From Colwellia polaris (lineage in GTDB: Archaea; Nanohalarchaeota; Nanosalinia; Nanosalinales; Nanosalinaceae): a DNA stretch of 51,507 bases. The notes under the pieces were generated by a model that was not told the origin of the DNA, made no database searches, and saw only the letters and a program-made list of their open reading frames with translations. Shown in pieces: positions 1 through 9,584 of the stretch (positions are counted from its first letter, which is position 1; each line of letters opens with the position of its first letter). The position numbers were made by a program, and so were the translations under genes. The stretch covers positions 1 through 51,507 of the forward strand of contig JBLGBK010000004.1 in NCBI GenBank assembly GCA_047617785.1. Direction: 5' to 3'.

Positions 1-73
1 TAGCCCCCGCAGGATTCGAACCTGCGTCGAGAGGGCCAGGGCCTCTCATGATTGACCACTACACCAGGGGGCT
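1..73 (-). tRNA. tRNA-Gln (anticodon CTG), no intron; any encoded CCA would lie outside the window
   Basis: Reverse complement folds as AGCCCCC/GGGGGCT acceptor stem with A73, anticodon stem AGAGG/CCTCT with loop CC-CTG-GC, and T-arm GCAGG-TTCGAAT-CCTGC. The A1-U72 pair is typical of archaeal tRNA-Gln. Confidence 0.92.
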
Positions 74-139
74 GTCTCCTGTATAGTTCTTATAGAAGGC
101 TAATTTTTTTATTGAGAAAGGGTGAGATTTGCTGGTTTT

Positions 140-1138
140 TTAGAGCATACTGTCTATATTTTCAAGGTTTCCAGCTTTTTTCTGTACTTTTTTTCGTACT
201 CTCTCTGCTTCATTGTAGACGTCTTGAATTATGTTTTCTGTTTTGTTGATCTGTTTCTGGACATCTCTACTGTAAGCTTGCTTTGATTTCTTGTTAGCAC
301 GTGAAATAGCTCTTTCAAGCTCTTCGGCTTCTTGCTCTATAACCTGTATCTCCTGCAGAAGATTTTCGAATTCGTTGCCTGTTTGCTGTAATTCATGCTC
401 TTCCTCTTCTACCTCGCTCTCTATTTCCTCTCTTTCCTGCCGATGCTGGTCCGCCATTTGATCCTCGGCGTTTTTCATTCGTTTGTTTCTTGTTGCGTTT
501 GCTATTTTTCCTCCTTCTTCTACAATTTCTTCTGCTTCGTTTTCTTCTCCTTCTTCGTGTTGGATTGCCTGAGCTTGTTCCCCTTCTACCTGTTCAACAT
601 CTGCAAGCTGTTCTGCAATCATTTCAATTTCTTGTAGTTCCTCTTGCAGTTCTTCTGCGCCTATTTCTGCAATTTTTACAATTTCCTGTATTAGTTCAGT
701 TGTTGCGCCTTGTTGGTACAACTGGTCTACCTTCTGGTTGAGAGCTTGTATAACTTGTTCTGTTTCTTGTTCTTCGCTGTATAGTTCTTGTTCCTCGCTC
801 TGTATTGCTTCTAGAGCTTTTCCTATGAGGTCTAAAGCTTGTTTTGAGGTCTTAATTTCCCTTTGTTCTTCCTTTGTTTCTCTCATTTGCTCTTGGACTA
901 GTTCGTGCAGTGCTTTTTTACCGAAATCTTTGGCACCTTCGATGTGTTGCTCCAGTCTTTCAGTATGTTCCTCTTGTCCTTCAAGTTCTTCCTGCATATC
1001 TAGTACGGTTCCAGTAAGATCATGAGCTTTCTTGATAGCCCCCATTGCACTGTCTTTCTTATCTTTTAGATCTGAAGCTTTCTGGTTGATGTCCTGAAGC
1101 GTGTTCATAGCGCTACTTACTTTGCTAGAAGCTGCCAT
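140..1138 (-). CDS. Hypothetical acidic E/Q-rich coiled-coil protein (332 aa)
   Basis: Long ORF with host-like acidic composition, heptad-like helical pattern, no Pro, Cys or Trp, and no recognisable motif. Lies between two tRNAs. Confidence 0.8.
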   Translation of the reverse strand: MAASSKVSSAMNTLQDINQKASDLKDKKDSAMGAIKKAHDLTGTVLDMQEELEGQEEHTERLEQHIEGAKDFGKKALHELVQEQMRETKEEQREIKTSKQALDLIGKALEAIQSEEQELYSEEQETEQVIQALNQKVDQLYQQGATTELIQEIVKIAEIGAEELQEELQEIEMIAEQLADVEQVEGEQAQAIQHEEGEENEAEEIVEEGGKIANATRNKRMKNAEDQMADQHRQEREEIESEVEEEEHELQQTGNEFENLLQEIQVIEQEAEELERAISRANKKSKQAYSRDVQKQINKTENIIQDVYNEAERVRKKVQKKAGNLENIDSML

Positions 1139-1192
1139 GTTGACCTATTTAGAAGCCTTATTCAAATAGTTTATTGAGTAGAAGTAGTGAAG

Positions 1193-1279
1193 CGCCGGAG
1201 CTGGGATTTGAACCCAGGAGACCCGGGATGGGTCACCAGCTTTCCAGGCTGGCACCTTTAGCCACTCAGTCACTCCGGC
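1193..1279 (-). tRNA. tRNA-Ser (anticodon GGA) with long variable arm; CCA not encoded
   Basis: GCCGGAG/CTCCGGC acceptor stem with G73, anticodon arm CCAGC-CTGGAAA-GCTGG, variable arm GACCC/GGGTC, T-loop TTCAAAT. Usual archaeal position downstream of rps10. Confidence 0.95.
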
Positions 1280-1423
1280 ATGAAATTTGGTTTCTCTATT
1301 ATTTTACTCCTAGTAGAAGCTTTAAATTAGAAGCGGAAAACCTGTTTCACACCGTTTTTAATCTGTAATTGTAGATTATAGTAGTGAGAAATTAGATAGA
1401 GGGGAAAAGAAGAGTTACCGAGG

Positions 1424-1732
1424 TTATTCGATTAGCTCGATTTCAATGTCTACTCCTTCAGGTACGTGTACACGCATTACCTGTCGAAGTGCACGTTCGC
1501 TCTCTGTAAGATCGATCAGCCGCTTGTGTACATGCATCTCGAATCTTTCGAATGTTGATGCGCCTTCGCCATCCGGTGCTTTACGAGTTGGAATTTCTAG
1601 TTTATCTGTTGGTAGTGGTACTGGTCCGGATACTTCTGCATCGTATTCGTCGCCTATTTCTAGTATTTCATCTGCCAGGTCCTGTACCTTTTCCTGGTCA
1701 GTGCTTCTCAATCTTACACGTGCTTTCTGCAT
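1424..1732 (-). CDS. rps10: 30S ribosomal protein uS10
   Basis: SGPVPLPT...TRKAPDGEG...FEMHVHKRLIDL motifs. Confidence 0.98.
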   Translation of the reverse strand: MQKARVRLRSTDQEKVQDLADEILEIGDEYDAEVSGPVPLPTDKLEIPTRKAPDGEGASTFERFEMHVHKRLIDLTESERALRQVMRVHVPEGVDIEIELIE

Positions 1733-1770
1733 ACTGATACATCTAGACTTAAATCTTATAAATGATTCAA

Positions 1771-2826
1771 CTAACTCGTGATCTTTTCAGGTATCCGTTC
1801 TTTCCAGTTCATATCTCTGGAGATTATTTCCATTGTTATGACATAGGAGATGCCCGTGATAATTATGCTCCATAATATACTATCCATAAGCTTCAAACCG
1901 GCGAAGGTTCCTAAAAACTGTGAAAGAGCTATCAGAAGCCCTAAAAACGCAGGATGAAGAATATAACCCCAGAGACTATGTTTGCCGTATCTGTTGAAAA
2001 TACTTTTCTCACCTGCCTCAGGTCTAGAAAGAGTGTACAAGAAGATGCTTATTGCCATAGGAGCAGTCATGAATGAATAATCGCTCCACTGGAAAGGGGC
2101 AGAACTATTCAAAACTATTGAAATAGCAAGTCTTTCAACTATATGCAATATTATGGATAAAGCTGAAATTTTCAGTAAAAGACTGCTAATCTTCTCAAGT
2201 TTCGGCTCTCTACCTCTAATGTAAAAACCGGCAGTAGTGAAGAATAATCCGAAAAATAATGCGTCAGTACGCGGAATAGCTATACCTAAAGACACTTGAT
2301 AGGCCTGAGATAGTATTCCAATAACATGAATTATTAGAGAACTGCCTAGAAGCCAGCGAACAAGGTTAAAACGATCTGCAACATAAACTGCAGATGTAGA
2401 TAGGAAAAGAGCTGTTAGAAACCATAGATGGGTGCTAACAGCATCACCTAGGTAGAAAATATTAATCGGATTTAAATTAAACTGTATAACCTGGGATATA
2501 GATTTTACTTCTGTAAACCTGTTTAGATATAATATAGGTAGTTGTATACCTAGCCATATTATAGATCCAAGAACGTAGTACTTACCTACTGATTTAAGAT
2601 ACTTTACTCCATAGTCTCTGCCTTTTTGCTGTAGTTTCAAGTGAAGCAAGTATCCTGATATAAGAAAGAATACAGGAACTGCAAAACGAGCAGTGTTAAT
2701 TAGTATAAAACCTGCTACAGAATTAACGTGGTAATTATCGATAAAACTACCTCTAGCATGAATAAAGAAGACAGCTAACAAGGCCAAGCCTTTCAAGGTA
2801 TCTAAACTATCTATCCTCTTAGTCAC
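1771..2826 (-). CDS. Membrane acyltransferase, Acyl_transf_3 (OafA/WecH-like) family
   Basis: RIDSLDTLKGLALLAVFFIH, RFAVPVFFLISGY, HLWFL and GKHSLWGYILH motifs; about 10 hydrophobic segments; GTG start; visibly AT-rich. Confidence 0.88.
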   Translation of the reverse strand: MTKRIDSLDTLKGLALLAVFFIHARGSFIDNYHVNSVAGFILINTARFAVPVFFLISGYLLHLKLQQKGRDYGVKYLKSVGKYYVLGSIIWLGIQLPILYLNRFTEVKSISQVIQFNLNPINIFYLGDAVSTHLWFLTALFLSTSAVYVADRFNLVRWLLGSSLIIHVIGILSQAYQVSLGIAIPRTDALFFGLFFTTAGFYIRGREPKLEKISSLLLKISALSIILHIVERLAISIVLNSSAPFQWSDYSFMTAPMAISIFLYTLSRPEAGEKSIFNRYGKHSLWGYILHPAFLGLLIALSQFLGTFAGLKLMDSILWSIIITGISYVITMEIISRDMNWKERIPEKITS

Positions 2827-2905
2827 TGTAATAAGTAAACAATTCTGAACTCCACTTTCTTAACTTGTTTTCAAGGAAGAACTAGATAAAGCCAGTAAAT
2901 TAATA

Positions 2906-2931
2906 GAAAGAAAAAAGATTTTGAAGAAAGG
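2906..2931 (-). terminator. Probable oligo-U (pyrimidine tract) terminator after tuf
   Basis: Minus strand reads CTTTCTTCAAAATCTTTTTTCTTTC just downstream of the tuf stop, as expected for an archaeal intrinsic terminator. Confidence 0.4.
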
Positions 2932-2941
2932 CAGTTATGCC

Positions 2942-4225
2942 TTACTTCTCGTTGACCTTTAGAGCCTGACCGGCTCCAACTGTCTGTCCCATGTCTCGGA
3001 TAGCGAATCGTGCGAGCTGTGGGATGTCGTCGTTCTCTTCAATAACTAGGTCCTGCTGTGGTGTGATCTCAACCTTTGCTGCCTGACCCTGTTTGATGTA
3101 GTCTGGGTCTTCTTCGATTGTCTCTCCTGTCTTTGGATTCATTGTGGACTTGATGTCCGTGAATGTACAGCTGACCTGAGCTGTGTTGACGTGGAATACT
3201 GGTGTGTATCCTTCGGAGATGACGTTAGGGTGGTTGAGTACGATGACCTGTGCTTCGAAGCTTTCGACAACTGTTGGTGGGTTGTCGGAAGGTCCTGCGA
3301 CGTCTCCTTTCTTGATGTCGTCCTGTCCGACTCCTCGTGTGTTCCATCCGATGTTGTCTCCAGGTTCTGCACTTTCAACTTCTTCGTGGTGCATTTCGAT
3401 TGTCTTGACTTCTCCACCTACGTTCTTGTTCAGTCGTGTGGATGCAGGTTCAAATGTTACGCTGTCTCCTTGGCTGATGTCTCCTGTTTCTACTCGTCCG
3501 ACGGATACTGCTCCGATTCCGGAGATTTTGTATACGTCCTGTACAGGGATTCGTGTTGGTAGGTCGATTGCTTTTTCAGGTTCTTCTAGATCGTCTAGTG
3601 CTTCGATTAGGGTAGGTCCGTCGTACCATCCTAGGTCTTCACCTTCGTCTACTACTCCGTCGCCTTCGAAGCTGGAGATAGGTACGAAGTCGATCTCGGA
3701 TGTATCGTATCCTACGCCTTGGATCATTTCTGAGACTTCGTCTTTGACGTCGTTGAATGCGTCTTCTTCGTAGTCCTTGAGATCCATTTTGTTGACAGCT
3801 ACAACTAGCTGGTCAATTCCTAGAGTCTTAGCTAGGTAAGCGTGCTCCTTTGTCTGAGGTTGGATTCCGTCGTCTGCTGCGACTACTAGAACTCCAGCGT
3901 CAGCCTGAGAAGCTCCTGTGATCATGTTTTTAATGAAGTCTCGGTGCCCTGGAGCATCGATGATTGTGAAGAAGTAGTTGTCAGAATCGAACTCTTTGTG
4001 TGCGAGGTCGATTGTAACTCCTCTTTCACGTTCTTCTTCTAGAGAGTCCATTGCGAATGCGAAGTTGAATGTTTCCTTACCTGCTTCTTCAGCAGCTTCT
4101 TCGAGCTTTCGCATTTCTTCTTCTGGTAGATTCTCTGTGTCCCAGAGTAGTCTTCCAATTGTTGTGGATTTACCGTGGTCAACGTGTCCAATAAATACTA
4201 GATTAATGTGTGGTTTGTCTGCCAT
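2942..4225 (-). CDS. tuf: Translation elongation factor EF-1 alpha
   Basis: [25 protein letters not shown] and NKMD motifs. Start moved to ATG 4225 (MADKPH), which follows a GGTGA Shine-Dalgarno. Confidence 0.99.
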   Translation of the reverse strand: MADKPHINLVFIGHVDHGKSTTIGRLLWDTENLPEEEMRKLEEAAEEAGKETFNFAFAMDSLEEERERGVTIDLAHKEFDSDNYFFTIIDAPGHRDFIKNMITGASQADAGVLVVAADDGIQPQTKEHAYLAKTLGIDQLVVAVNKMDLKDYEEDAFNDVKDEVSEMIQGVGYDTSEIDFVPISSFEGDGVVDEGEDLGWYDGPTLIEALDDLEEPEKAIDLPTRIPVQDVYKISGIGAVSVGRVETGDISQGDSVTFEPASTRLNKNVGGEVKTIEMHHEEVESAEPGDNIGWNTRGVGQDDIKKGDVAGPSDNPPTVVESFEAQVIVLNHPNVISEGYTPVFHVNTAQVSCTFTDIKSTMNPKTGETIEEDPDYIKQGQAAKVEITPQQDLVIEENDDIPQLARFAIRDMGQTVGAGQALKVNEK

Positions 4226-4273
4226 TTTAGGTTTCACCTATAGTACGTATATAACCCGATTAACCTATTAAAC

Positions 4274-4288
4274 TTTAAAAATGGTTTC
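4274..4288 (-). promoter_or_regulatory. Probable BRE/TATA promoter of tuf
   Basis: Minus strand GAAACCATTTTTAAAG about 50 nt upstream of the start codon. tuf is separated from fusA by inserted genes. Confidence 0.45.
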
Positions 4289-4471
4289 TGTTTTTCCCTA
4301 TTTTTGTCATATATTGCCGATTTTATGGCTATTAGTCTTGTTTATTTCCAGTTTTAGGTAGAACTTCGCACTTGGAAACTTAGCAGAATGATAAAAATCC
4401 CTATTATATGAGATTTTAAGAGGAAAATTTTATTCCTAAAACTAAAAAATACTGTAGCTCCAGTGTATTTT

Positions 4472-6064
4472 ATGGTTTCAGCAGAGAACATCATTAACAC
4501 TATTTTAGATCGAACTAACTGCAGTAAAGTTTTCACCTACCCCGGAACGCCTCCAGCCAAGCTCTACAAAGAGGTTGAAAGATCTTCTGCGGAGCTTGTT
4601 CAGGGGGTAAGAGAACAGCATTTAACCCATCTTGCTCAGACACGTTACTACAAGAAGTTGGAGCAAGGAAATGAAGAGATACCGGTTATAATAGTTTCTG
4701 GCGAGATGGGAGAGGCAATGATGATGCAGGGGTTGCTAGCAGGTTCTATTACTTCGCCTTGTCTCGTGATAGTCGCAGAATCTCGGTTTGAGCACGTTGA
4801 TAACTCTATTAATATTGCACATCAGACAGATAGAGGCTCTACTCATGATAAATTAGACAACTCTGATGTTTTGCGCCGGCATGAAAACGTCCATCACAGG
4901 GTTCTTCTCCAAGATGGAGATGATTTAGACGATGTAGAGACTATGATTCAAGAATTAAAGGAGAAGAAGGAAGTAGGGATAGTTCATGTGCCAATATATT
5001 CCCATGACTCATCAGAAGGAGGTTACCTTTCAGAACCTGAAAAAATAGATCAGTCAAGGCTTCAAAACAGGTGGAATGAAGCGGAAAAACCTATGATCGT
5101 CGCTGGGAGAGGAGCAAAAGATCCAAAAGTCAGAGATATGATTGAAAATCTGTCAAAGTCTTCAGGAGCACCACTAGCAGTGAGCATACCTATGGAAGGC
5201 TACTTCGAAGATAATTATGTAGGCCGGATCGGTATGATGGGAACTCCTTCAGCCAATCAGGCTTTCAAGGAAGCAGATCTTGTCCTGTCAATAGGTACCT
5301 CGATGCAGAACGTAATTACTTCCTTTGGGGAAAATAATATCCAGGAATTTAGAGAGAAAACAGTACAGGTAGAACCTAACCCTCGTAGAAGAAGTTTCTT
5401 CGTAGGAAGCTATATAGAAGGCTCTGCTGGTGAGGTTCTCTCTGAACTTAATTCTGAAAAGGAGGAATGGCTCTCTTCGAATGACTATGGTTTAGAAGAT
5501 AAGAGAAAGTTTATTCCCGAACCTGTAAACGCGTTGGGCCAGCTTATACGTGAAGATTTCTCTGATAAAGTTGTCACTTTGGGGGTAGGTAATTCTGTCA
5601 TCTGGCTGCCCTACTCGTTAGGCCCTGAGATCAGAAAGGAAACCTCTCGAAGCGGTTCTATGGGCGAGGTAGTAGCAGGCCTTAATAGGGAGGAAAACCC
5701 TATCTTGGTTCTAGGTGATGGAGAGCTTGAAATGGATCTATCGCTTATAGTTGAGGCCCAATACCGGACAGAATCTGCAGCTCTGTTTATCATAAACAAT
5801 CAGCGTTTGGGTTTGGTGACAGAGATACAGGAGAAACAGTTTGACGAAAAGATAACTCCTAAAGATAATTCTGTAAATTTCCAGGATCTAGGAGAGTCGT
5901 TTAAAGGAGTAGAGTCTTTCTCCGCTGAAAAAGCTGAAGAAGTAGATGAGAAAGCTAGGAAAGCGATCAACTCCGATAAAATCAGCTTGGTAGAGATAAA
6001 AGTGGAGGAGGACCTCCACTCTGAATTATTCGATGTAAACGCTTTGCCGGATCTAGATAACTAG
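4472..6064 (+). CDS. Thiamine pyrophosphate-dependent enzyme, divergent acetolactate synthase/pyruvate oxidase superfamily member
   Basis: N-terminal YPG...VREQ (catalytic Glu position), central KPMIVAGRG...GRIGMMG...ADLVLSIG domain, and C-terminal GSMG plus GDG-x24-NN TPP/Mg motif. Start is ATG 4472 or GTG 4463. Confidence 0.85.
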   Translation: MVSAENIINTILDRTNCSKVFTYPGTPPAKLYKEVERSSAELVQGVREQHLTHLAQTRYYKKLEQGNEEIPVIIVSGEMGEAMMMQGLLAGSITSPCLVIVAESRFEHVDNSINIAHQTDRGSTHDKLDNSDVLRRHENVHHRVLLQDGDDLDDVETMIQELKEKKEVGIVHVPIYSHDSSEGGYLSEPEKIDQSRLQNRWNEAEKPMIVAGRGAKDPKVRDMIENLSKSSGAPLAVSIPMEGYFEDNYVGRIGMMGTPSANQAFKEADLVLSIGTSMQNVITSFGENNIQEFREKTVQVEPNPRRRSFFVGSYIEGSAGEVLSELNSEKEEWLSSNDYGLEDKRKFIPEPVNALGQLIREDFSDKVVTLGVGNSVIWLPYSLGPEIRKETSRSGSMGEVVAGLNREENPILVLGDGELEMDLSLIVEAQYRTESAALFIINNQRLGLVTEIQEKQFDEKITPKDNSVNFQDLGESFKGVESFSAEKAEEVDEKARKAINSDKISLVEIKVEEDLHSELFDVNALPDLDN

Positions 6065-7242
6065 TTTTCAGTTATTATTAGGGAGGTAACTGTCAGAAAG
6101 TTGGAGGTGCAGAAATCCTCCGACGTTCCTCCTATCTCTCCATAACTGAAAAATCCGGCGAAAGAACCGTTCAAATTGTTCTGAAGAGCCTCTAGTTCCT
6201 TTTCAAGTTCGTCTCCCAAAGTCATAGCCCTGCCGGCGCATTCAAAAACTAATGCCATGATAATATCGTCGGAGGAACTTGCTATGTCCTGGATATGATT
6301 TGCCGTAGAGTCGGCAATATCCTCTTTAGAACCTTCCATAAGCACGAGTTCGGAGTTGTTAGATATACTAGAGTTAAATACTATAGCACCATCGTCTACA
6401 GCCTGCGGAACTTTTAGAGCATAATTATCCCCCATTTTAACGCCGAAAGGCGATCGATGTGAATGTTCTGCCATTACTTTAGGGATCTCTACCCCGCTAG
6501 GAAGTTCTACAGTTCCTTCTAACTCTTCCGGTTCAACGTCTAGCTGTTCTGCATAAACCTCCTGTGCAGGCCTACCGTTCAATTTAGTGACTACGTTCTC
6601 TTCTGAACGAGCAAGGAAAGTATGTTCTGTTTTATCATAGCCATGGCCGAGCTCAATCCGGTATTCTTGAGATGTTTCAACGCCAGTTAGGACTAAAGCA
6701 TCACTGTACACCTCTCCGTTGCAAAACTGATAGCTCTCTTGATACTCGTTGTTGTCTCCAGCAGCTGCTCCTACTACTGGTGTTTCTGCATTGTACTGAT
6801 CAAAAATCCCTTTCAATACCTGGAACTCTATGGCAGGTTCTTCCTCTGTAAAACCCGGTAAGAGAGGAACAAAGACCGTGTCTTCACCTCCAATCCTTTC
6901 AGCTAACTCTGCAGATTTGTTTACTGGGTCTTTTCTAATATTCTCTGCCACACCTGTAGTAAAGTCTATTTTGGAGGTATGGTTAGTAATTAATACACAA
7001 CTGTCCTCTGCTTTTTTACTTTCTGATATTTCTCCTGCAGTAGTACAACCTGTCCAATTGCAATCTAGTCTTTTATCCACTTCATCTGTTAGCTCATCGA
7101 GATTGATAGAAGTACTTGCGAATAGAAAAGCAAAATCTGTGTTATCTTTGTCAATAGAGTTGGTAAGTTCTTCTGCTATTGCTGCAGGATTGTTACTATA
7201 TTGGTCGTATTCTACATGGTTAACTCTAGATGGTAGAGACAT
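6061..7242 (-). CDS. Stand-alone FIST (FIST_N + FIST_C) sensory domain protein
   Basis: GCTTAGEIS, GAAAGD, GHG, LNGRPA, CAGR and GFFSYGEIG motifs typical of FIST/NosP proteins. Confidence 0.88.
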   Translation of the reverse strand: MSLPSRVNHVEYDQYSNNPAAIAEELTNSIDKDNTDFAFLFASTSINLDELTDEVDKRLDCNWTGCTTAGEISESKKAEDSCVLITNHTSKIDFTTGVAENIRKDPVNKSAELAERIGGEDTVFVPLLPGFTEEEPAIEFQVLKGIFDQYNAETPVVGAAAGDNNEYQESYQFCNGEVYSDALVLTGVETSQEYRIELGHGYDKTEHTFLARSEENVVTKLNGRPAQEVYAEQLDVEPEELEGTVELPSGVEIPKVMAEHSHRSPFGVKMGDNYALKVPQAVDDGAIVFNSSISNNSELVLMEGSKEDIADSTANHIQDIASSSDDIIMALVFECAGRAMTLGDELEKELEALQNNLNGSFAGFFSYGEIGGTSEDFCTSNFLTVTSLIITEN

Positions 7243-7325
7243 ATCTACCTATTTTACTAAAGACAGAAAATAAAAGTTGTTGTCAGAAATAGAGAAATTA
7301 AGGGGAAGGAAGGGGTTAGAGGAAA

Positions 7326-9509
7326 TTATTCCTCTACGCTCGGCATCTCCTGCTTCATGCCTTTACGTTCTCGGATCTCCATGATCTTCTCTTCCTGAAG
7401 GTTTCTTGGAAGAGGTTCGAATAGGATGTCGATCAGGCTGAAGAATCCTTTACCGTTTGTTGCGGACTTGAGTGCTGCCTCGAATCCGAACAGTTCTTCT
7501 ACTGGAAGCTTACATTTGATGACTGAGCTTCCTCCTTCTTCTTCCATGTCGATTACATCTCCACGCCGGTTGGAGACTTCTGTCATTGCTTCTCCCATTG
7601 TATCTGATGGCGTGTCGATTCTCATCTTCTGTTTTGGTTCGATGAGCTGTGGCTGTGAGGTCAGGAATCCATTTCTGATTGCGTTCTTTGTCGCCGGGAT
7701 CATCTGTGCTGGTCCTCTGTGGATTGCGTCCTCGTGCAGCTTTGCATCGTGAAGCTTGACTTTGAGACCTGTTACAGGTTCGTTTGCTAGAGGTCCTTCG
7801 TCGCAGAATTCATGGAATGCGTCTACTAGGTATTCCTGAATTTCTCTCAGGTTCTTGATTCCACGGGAGGCGTTGATGAAGAGGTTTTCTTCGTATGCGT
7901 CCATTACGTTGTCTGCTTCGTCTTGTGTGAGCCCTGCGTCGACTAATGCGTCTCTGACTTCTGTTTCGTCGTCTGCCTGCATCTTAATTTCCTCGTATTC
8001 TTCCTTGAGGAACTTTCTGACGTCTTCGCTTAGAGGTTCTACGCTGATTTCCAGTTTGTTGTGTCGGTTAGGTGACTTTCCTTCGAGGACGTCACTTGCT
8101 TCGCTGATTCCTTCACGGAATACAACGATCGGTTCGGAAACGTTGATGTCGATTCCTTTCTCTTCGAGATGTCTTTCAACTTTTGCTTCGATATGAAGCT
8201 CTCCAAGACCGGATACAAGTGTTTCTCCGGTGTCCTCGTCAATGTCGACTTTGATTGTGTTGTCTTCCTTTGCTCGCTTACGCAGTGTTTCGATAAGCTT
8301 TGGAAGATCGCTTGTACGCTTTGGCTCGATGGATTTTGTAACAACAGGTTCGAAAACGTGCTCGATTTGTTCGAATGCTTCGATTTCATCTTCTCCGTCT
8401 AGGATGAATGTTTCTCCTGTTGAGAAGTCTGGTCCTGTGATTGCTACGATGTTTCCTGCCGGTACTTCGTCAACCATCAGCTTTCTTGGTCCGGAGTAAA
8501 TTCCGACCTGCTGTGCTCTTTCTGTCTTCTGGCTTCCGATTCCGTATAGTTCGTCTCCTTCTCTTACTGTTCCTGAGAATAGACGTGCGGTGACGATTGT
8601 TCCGGCGTGTTCGTCGTCTTCTACGTTGGTTACTACTCCTACTAGAGGCCCGTCTTCGTCTCCTTCCTGTAGTTCTTTACCTGTTTCGCTTTCGATGTCT
8701 CCTGGCCATACCTTTGGAATTCTCCATTCTGCGGATTCCTGAGGGTTGACTAGGTGTTTTACTACCATGTCCAGAGATACTTCTTCGATTGGTGCGTCGT
8801 TTGCGAGACCTTCGTGATCTCCTTCGTTTACGCGATCGATGATGTCCTGGAAGCTGATTCCAGTTTTCTGCATATATGGTGCTGAAATAGCCCAGTTCTT
8901 GAGTGCGGATCCGAATGCGACTGTTCCGTCGTTTACAGCCATGCTCCATTCTTCTGCTGTTTCCTCATCTGCATACTTTCGAAGCGCTGTGTTTACTTCT
9001 CGAATAATCTTGGTGAATCTTTCCTGCATTTCTTCAGGTGTCAACTGCATCTCTTCGATCAGTCGATCGACTTTGTTGATGAATAGTACTGGTTTAACTC
9101 CTTCCTGAATTGCCTGTTTCATGACGGTTTCTGTCTGAGGCATAACTCCGTCAACTGCGTCGACAAGAACCATAACTCCGTCAACGGCACGCATAGCTCG
9201 GGTAACGTCTCCTCCGAAGTCAACGTGCCCGGGTGTGTCGATAAGGTTGATCAAGTAGTCGTCGCCGTCTAATTCGTGGACCATTGAAACGTTCGCAGAA
9301 TAGATTGTGATTCCTCTTTCTGCTTCCTGGTCGTCGAAGTCCATAAAACGTTGGTCTCCAGCGAGCTTCTCCGATATCATACCTGCTCGTGCGAGAAGGT
9401 TGTCTGTTAGTGTAGTTTTTCCGTGGTCGATGTGTGCTGCAATAGCAATGTTCCTAATGTGTTCTGGGTCGTTAATTACGCCCTTAATTGCCTCTAGTTC
9501 GTCTGACAT
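7326..9509 (-). CDS. fusA: Translation elongation factor EF-2
   Basis: AHIDHGKTT, ERGITI, DTPGHVDF and NKVD motifs; diphthamide loop LHEDAIHRGPAQ is intact. Confidence 0.99.
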   Translation of the reverse strand: MSDELEAIKGVINDPEHIRNIAIAAHIDHGKTTLTDNLLARAGMISEKLAGDQRFMDFDDQEAERGITIYSANVSMVHELDGDDYLINLIDTPGHVDFGGDVTRAMRAVDGVMVLVDAVDGVMPQTETVMKQAIQEGVKPVLFINKVDRLIEEMQLTPEEMQERFTKIIREVNTALRKYADEETAEEWSMAVNDGTVAFGSALKNWAISAPYMQKTGISFQDIIDRVNEGDHEGLANDAPIEEVSLDMVVKHLVNPQESAEWRIPKVWPGDIESETGKELQEGDEDGPLVGVVTNVEDDEHAGTIVTARLFSGTVREGDELYGIGSQKTERAQQVGIYSGPRKLMVDEVPAGNIVAITGPDFSTGETFILDGEDEIEAFEQIEHVFEPVVTKSIEPKRTSDLPKLIETLRKRAKEDNTIKVDIDEDTGETLVSGLGELHIEAKVERHLEEKGIDINVSEPIVVFREGISEASDVLEGKSPNRHNKLEISVEPLSEDVRKFLKEEYEEIKMQADDETEVRDALVDAGLTQDEADNVMDAYEENLFINASRGIKNLREIQEYLVDAFHEFCDEGPLANEPVTGLKVKLHDAKLHEDAIHRGPAQMIPATKNAIRNGFLTSQPQLIEPKQKMRIDTPSDTMGEAMTEVSNRRGDVIDMEEEGGSSVIKCKLPVEELFGFEAALKSATNGKGFFSLIDILFEPLPRNLQEEKIMEIRERKGMKQEMPSVEE

Positions 9510-9584
9510 ATTTCAAAATTCACCGTTTATATTCTAGAAATCAAGTTGCAAGATTTAAAAGCCAATAGGCACGAAGACCTATTT

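Noticed and set aside
1-1279. Integrated element between tRNA-Gln and tRNA-Ser, or at tRNA-Lys
   Set aside because: No integrase, no duplicated tRNA 3' end (att) and no viral or plasmid genes seen in the window.
1193-1279. Extra sequence in tRNA-Ser as a possible intron
   Set aside because: It is the normal type II variable arm (GACCC/GGGTC); no bulge-helix-bulge motif.
52-1368. Plus-strand ORFs 52-249, 395-637, 490-741, 738-1025 and 1174-1368
   Set aside because: Antisense shadows of the acidic coiled-coil gene and the tRNAs; the F/L/S-rich composition is the mirror of GAA-rich codons.
4472-6064. Calling the TPP enzyme ilvB
   Set aside because: No ilvN/ilvC/ilvD context and the Pyr-domain motifs are too divergent.
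6061-6064. Overlapping stop codons of convergent genes (also 42549-42552)
   Set aside because: Common in compact genomes; not a signal by itself.
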